NCBI GenBank assembly: GCA_021732145.1
Contig: JAKFVN010000017.1
Location: 91,661 to 155,660, forward strand
DNA: 64,000 nt
Source of the DNA: Alphaproteobacteria bacterium
GTDB lineage: Bacteria; Pseudomonadota; Alphaproteobacteria; UBA9219; RGZA01
Reading direction: 5' to 3'
Below are positions 60,848-64,000 of this stretch, in pieces (position 1 is the stretch's first letter; every line of letters begins with the position of its first letter). Position numbers and translations under genes: made by a program. The notes under the pieces are model-generated. The model was not told where the DNA came from and did not search any database. It saw only the letters and a program-made list of their open reading frames with translations.

Positions 60848-61693
60848 ATGCTGACCATTTCCATTCCCAGCGGCGATATCATCCGGCACTTCGCCGATTT
60901 GGCGAAGCACTTCTTGGCATCGATTGCCGAGGACACATCCTTTGGCGGTGAATACAAGCATTTGCGGATGCTGAGCGAGAAAGTGAATATCACCAAGGGC
61001 TTTGTAGTGGATATTGCGGCGGCGGATGGCATCGACCAATCCTGTACGCTTGGGTTTTTCAAAGATACAAACTGGAATGGGCTGGCGGTGGAAATGGATC
61101 CGCTCAAATTTTCAAAGCTTGCGTTTTTGTACACCAATTTTCCAAACGCGAAGCTGGCGCGTGGCCGCGTGACGCCGCTCAATATCGCTGCGCTGCTTCA
61201 GGGGTTTGAAGTGCCCGCTGATTTTGACATCTTAAACCTTGATATCGATTCCTATGATTTGGATGTGCTGGACGCGATGATTAAATCCGGCTTCCGGCCG
61301 AAAATTATTTCAATGGAAATCAATGAAAAAATCCCGCCGCCGCTTTATTTCAATGTAAATTTCACGCCGACCCATGTCTGGCAGACGGATCATTTCTTTG
61401 GTTGTTCCTTAACTGCTGCGGCTGCGGTGATGCGTCCGCACGGCTATATTCTGGAAAGCCTGCAATATAACAATGCGGTGTTTGTTCGCGCAGATTTGGC
61501 CAAAGGTCTGTTCACTGACCAAGATGTTGCTGCGGCCTATGATGCGGGGTATCGCAATAAGCCCGACCGTGCCAAATTATTCCCGTGGAATGCTGATATG
61601 GATTGCCTGCTGGGCTATACGCCGCAACAAGCCATTACATTCGTGAATGACTATTACAAGAAGTATGCAGGCAAATATACGCTGCGTGCCTAA
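60848..61693 (+). CDS. FkbM-family SAM-dependent methyltransferase-like protein (paralogue 2)
   Basis: FVVDIAAADG and LNLDIDSYDLDVL motifs parallel the ORF at 8704-9720. ATG overlaps the cheY-like stop (TAAATG). Confidence 0.5.
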   Translation: MLTISIPSGDIIRHFADLAKHFLASIAEDTSFGGEYKHLRMLSEKVNITKGFVVDIAAADGIDQSCTLGFFKDTNWNGLAVEMDPLKFSKLAFLYTNFPNAKLARGRVTPLNIAALLQGFEVPADFDILNLDIDSYDLDVLDAMIKSGFRPKIISMEINEKIPPPLYFNVNFTPTHVWQTDHFFGCSLTAAAAVMRPHGYILESLQYNNAVFVRADLAKGLFTDQDVAAAYDAGYRNKPDRAKLFPWNADMDCLLGYTPQQAITFVNDYYKKYAGKYTLRA

Positions 61694-61697
61694 GCGA

Positions 61698-64000
61698 TTA
61701 CTCTAATGAACCGTGGCAATGCTTGAACTTCTTGCCTGAACCGCAAGGGCAGGGGGAATTGCGCTGCACCTTGCCCCATGTCGCGGGGTTCTTGGCATCA
61801 AAACCGGTTGCTGCAACCGCAGCAGCGCCTTTTCCATACGCAGTTGGCGCATAGGAACTGGATGAACCCGCCGCGCGGCGTGCCATGCCTTCCGGAATGC
61901 TGGTCGGTTCATCGTCACCGCGATTTTCAATCATCTGCTGGCCACGCCGCTGCGCCAGTACTTCTTCTTCGGTAGGTGCCCGCGTGCTATCTGCCAGCAA
62001 TCGGGATGTTGCCTCTACGCGAAGCAAATCAAGCATGGTACTGAACAAGTCGAACGCTTCACGGCCATATTCATTCAACGGGTCGCGCTGGCCATAGGCG
62101 CGCAAACCAATGCCGCTGCGCAAATGGTCAAGCGCCAGCAAATGGTCTTTCCAGACCTGGTCTAGGGTTGAAAGCAAAATCAGCTTTTCAACATGGCGGC
62201 GCATGCTGTCTTCAACTGCATTAATCTTGGATGCGTATTTTTCATCTGCCGCCTTCTTAATGCGCGCTTCAAATTCGCCCTCGGCAATGCCGTCTTCCTT
62301 GCCCCATTCTTCTATGGGTAAATCAAGGTGCAGGTTGTTCTTTACCTGATTGTGCAAGTCACCAAGCGACCATTGCTCAGGGTATGAATTGGCGGGCACC
62401 GCACCGTGTACCATGTTTTCAACCACATCGTGGCGCATGGCGGTAATGGTTTCAGATACGTTGTCGGCTGTCATGATTTCGCGGCGCTGTTCATAAATAA
62501 CCTTGCGCTGGTCGTTCATGATGTTATCGAATTTCAGCAAGTTCTTGCGGATATCGAAGTTGCGTGCTTCGACCTTCTCCTGCGCCTTTAACAATGCGCG
62601 GCTAATCCACGGATGTTCAATCGATTGACCATCACGCAGGCCAAGGCTCGCCAAAATCGCATCCATCTTATCCGCGCCATAAATGCGCAGTAAATCATCC
62701 TGCAATGAGAGGAAGAAGCTGGATGTGCCCGGGTCGCCCTGACGGCCTGAACGGCCACGCAACTGGTTATCAATACGGCGGGATTCATGACGCTCCGTAC
62801 CAATCACGTACAGGCCGCCGGCTTGGCGAACCACCTCGCGCGCTGCCTCCACTTCCTTGCGGATGTCATCGGCCTTTGCGTTTCGCGCGGCTTCGCCGTC
62901 CAGCATCGCGGCTTCCTGCGCAATGCGCATGTCTAAATTGCCACCCAGCTGAATATCGGTGCCGCGGCCTGCCATGTTGGTGGCGATGGTTACGGCGCCT
63001 GCACGGCCGGCTTGCGCAATAATATACGCTTCCTGTTCATGGTAACGCGCGTTCAAAACATTGTGCGCAATCTTGCGTTTCTTCAAAAGGTCAGACAGCA
63101 ATTCCGATTTTTCAATGGAGACGGTGCCAACCAGAACAGGCTGCTGGCGCTTTCTGCATTCTTCAATGACATCGATAATCGCATTGTATTTTTCAGCAGC
63201 GGTACGGAACACAACGTCGTCATGGTCAATACGCTGCACGGGCACGTTGGTTGGCATATCAACCACGGGCAGATTATAGATTTCTTCAAATTCTGCCGCT
63301 TCGGTCAATGCCGTACCTGTCATGCCTGACAGTTTGGGGTACAAGCGGAAATAATTTTGATAGGTGATGCTGGCCAGCGTTTGGTTTTCACGCTCAATGG
63401 TTACGTGTTCTTTGGCTTCCAATGCCTGGTGGAGGCCCTCGCCGTAACGGCGTCCTTCCATCATACGGCCCGTGAATTCATCGATGATGACCAGCTTGTT
63501 GTCCTTGACGATGTAATCCACATCGCGCGCAAATAATGTGTGGGCGCGCAAACCTTGTTGCACATGGTGCAGGGTGTTCACGTTGCTGCTGTCATACAAG
63601 CCACCGGGGTTCAAAAGACCTGCTTCGGACAGCCAGGTTTCCATATCCACCATGCCGGTTTCAGTCAGATTGACGGTGCGTGATTTTTCATCCTTTTCGT
63701 AATCTTCTTTTTTCAAATTTTTGACCAGAATTTCATCAATGCGGCGATAAAGCTCGGATGAATCTTCGGCAGGGCCGGAAATAATCAGCGGCGTACGCGC
63801 TTCATCAATCAAAATGCTATCGACCTCGTCAACAATCGCGTAGTTGAAAGGTCGCTGCACCAAATCGGATGAGCGGAATTTCATGTTATCGCGCAGATAA
63901 TCAAAGCCAAATTCATGGTTGGTGCCATAGGTAATATCAGCGGCGTAAGCTGCGCGGCGCTCATCTTCATTCAAAGCATGCACAATGCAGCCAACCTTTA
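61698..64000 (-). CDS. secA: Preprotein translocase ATPase SecA, C-terminal about 765 aa (N-terminus beyond window end)
   Basis: DEAD-motor NBD2, helical scaffold and wing domains. C-terminal zinc-binding [14 protein letters not shown]. Confidence 0.9.
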   Translation of the reverse strand, partial: KVGCIVHALNEDERRAAYAADITYGTNHEFGFDYLRDNMKFRSSDLVQRPFNYAIVDEVDSILIDEARTPLIISGPAEDSSELYRRIDEILVKNLKKEDYEKDEKSRTVNLTETGMVDMETWLSEAGLLNPGGLYDSSNVNTLHHVQQGLRAHTLFARDVDYIVKDNKLVIIDEFTGRMMEGRRYGEGLHQALEAKEHVTIERENQTLASITYQNYFRLYPKLSGMTGTALTEAAEFEEIYNLPVVDMPTNVPVQRIDHDDVVFRTAAEKYNAIIDVIEECRKRQQPVLVGTVSIEKSELLSDLLKKRKIAHNVLNARYHEQEAYIIAQAGRAGAVTIATNMAGRGTDIQLGGNLDMRIAQEAAMLDGEAARNAKADDIRKEVEAAREVVRQAGGLYVIGTERHESRRIDNQLRGRSGRQGDPGTSSFFLSLQDDLLRIYGADKMDAILASLGLRDGQSIEHPWISRALLKAQEKVEARNFDIRKNLLKFDNIMNDQRKVIYEQRREIMTADNVSETITAMRHDVVENMVHGAVPANSYPEQWSLGDLHNQVKNNLHLDLPIEEWGKEDGIAEGEFEARIKKAADEKYASKINAVEDSMRRHVEKLILLSTLDQVWKDHLLALDHLRSGIGLRAYGQRDPLNEYGREAFDLFSTMLDLLRVEATSRLLADSTRAPTEEEVLAQRRGQQMIENRGDDEPTSIPEGMARRAAGSSSSYAPTAYGKGAAAVAATGFDAKNPATWGKVQRNSPCPCGSGKKFKHCHGSLE

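Overview
This 64 kb window is mostly alphaproteobacterial-type core chromosome at about 50% GC. Gene order and content support that assignment: pdxJ-acpS-lepB-rnc-era, sdhCDA/sdhB, scoAB, an RpoE-like ECF sigma factor with a ChrR anti-sigma, an IalB-like protein and xerD. It is densely coding on both strands. Recognisable genes run from clpB (3' end), secF, a dCMP-deaminase-like gene, an IMPase, hsp20, manC, coaBC, dut, scoAB, sdhCDAB and yifB/comM, through pdxJ, acpS, lepB, rnc, era, dps, aatA, pgi, mutL, xerD, accA, gpt and rlmI, to rlmD, rlmN, parC, recO, a PAS histidine kinase, comF, grxC, a nitrilase-family hydrolase, an MCP, a CheY-like receiver and secA (3' part). I found no rRNA, tRNA, CRISPR array, IS element or phage genes. 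Four accessory-looking modules sit inside this core. (1) At 1.37-3.22 kb, two tandem paralogous Cys-rich pilin-like proteins share a conserved ...G-IAIG... hydrophobic N-terminus. They are translationally coupled to a stand-alone A24 (TadV/CpaA-type) prepilin peptidase, and no pilus assembly genes are nearby. This is the strongest candidate for an undescribed peptidase-processed surface system. (2) At 9.75-13.5 kb, hsp20 has an RpoH-like promoter and an inverted repeat. It is followed by a long atypical Hsp70 paralogue with a canonical nucleotide-binding domain but a divergent, extended C-terminus. (3) At 42.7-43.4 kb, a signal-peptide-bearing bacterial EndoU-family RNase toxin domain and an overlapping small acidic immunity-like gene are wedged between two rRNA methyltransferase genes. 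(4) At 22.05-22.6 kb, a solitary MazF/PemK-fold protein with a C-terminal extension lies, together with a YidB-like gene, between sdhA and sdhB. Other oddities include a tandem-domain deaminase, a protein with a novel N-domain plus two cold-shock domains, and two paralogous FkbM-like methyltransferases. There are also tandem paralogous small membrane proteins coupled to rlmN, and an 11-bp x4 stop-codon-rich tandem repeat between the MCP and CheY genes. Long homopolymers are present too: C8 at codons 4-6 of the ECF sigma gene and G9 inside the IMPase gene. All calls rest on reading the translated ORFs and recalling family motifs. No database searches were run.
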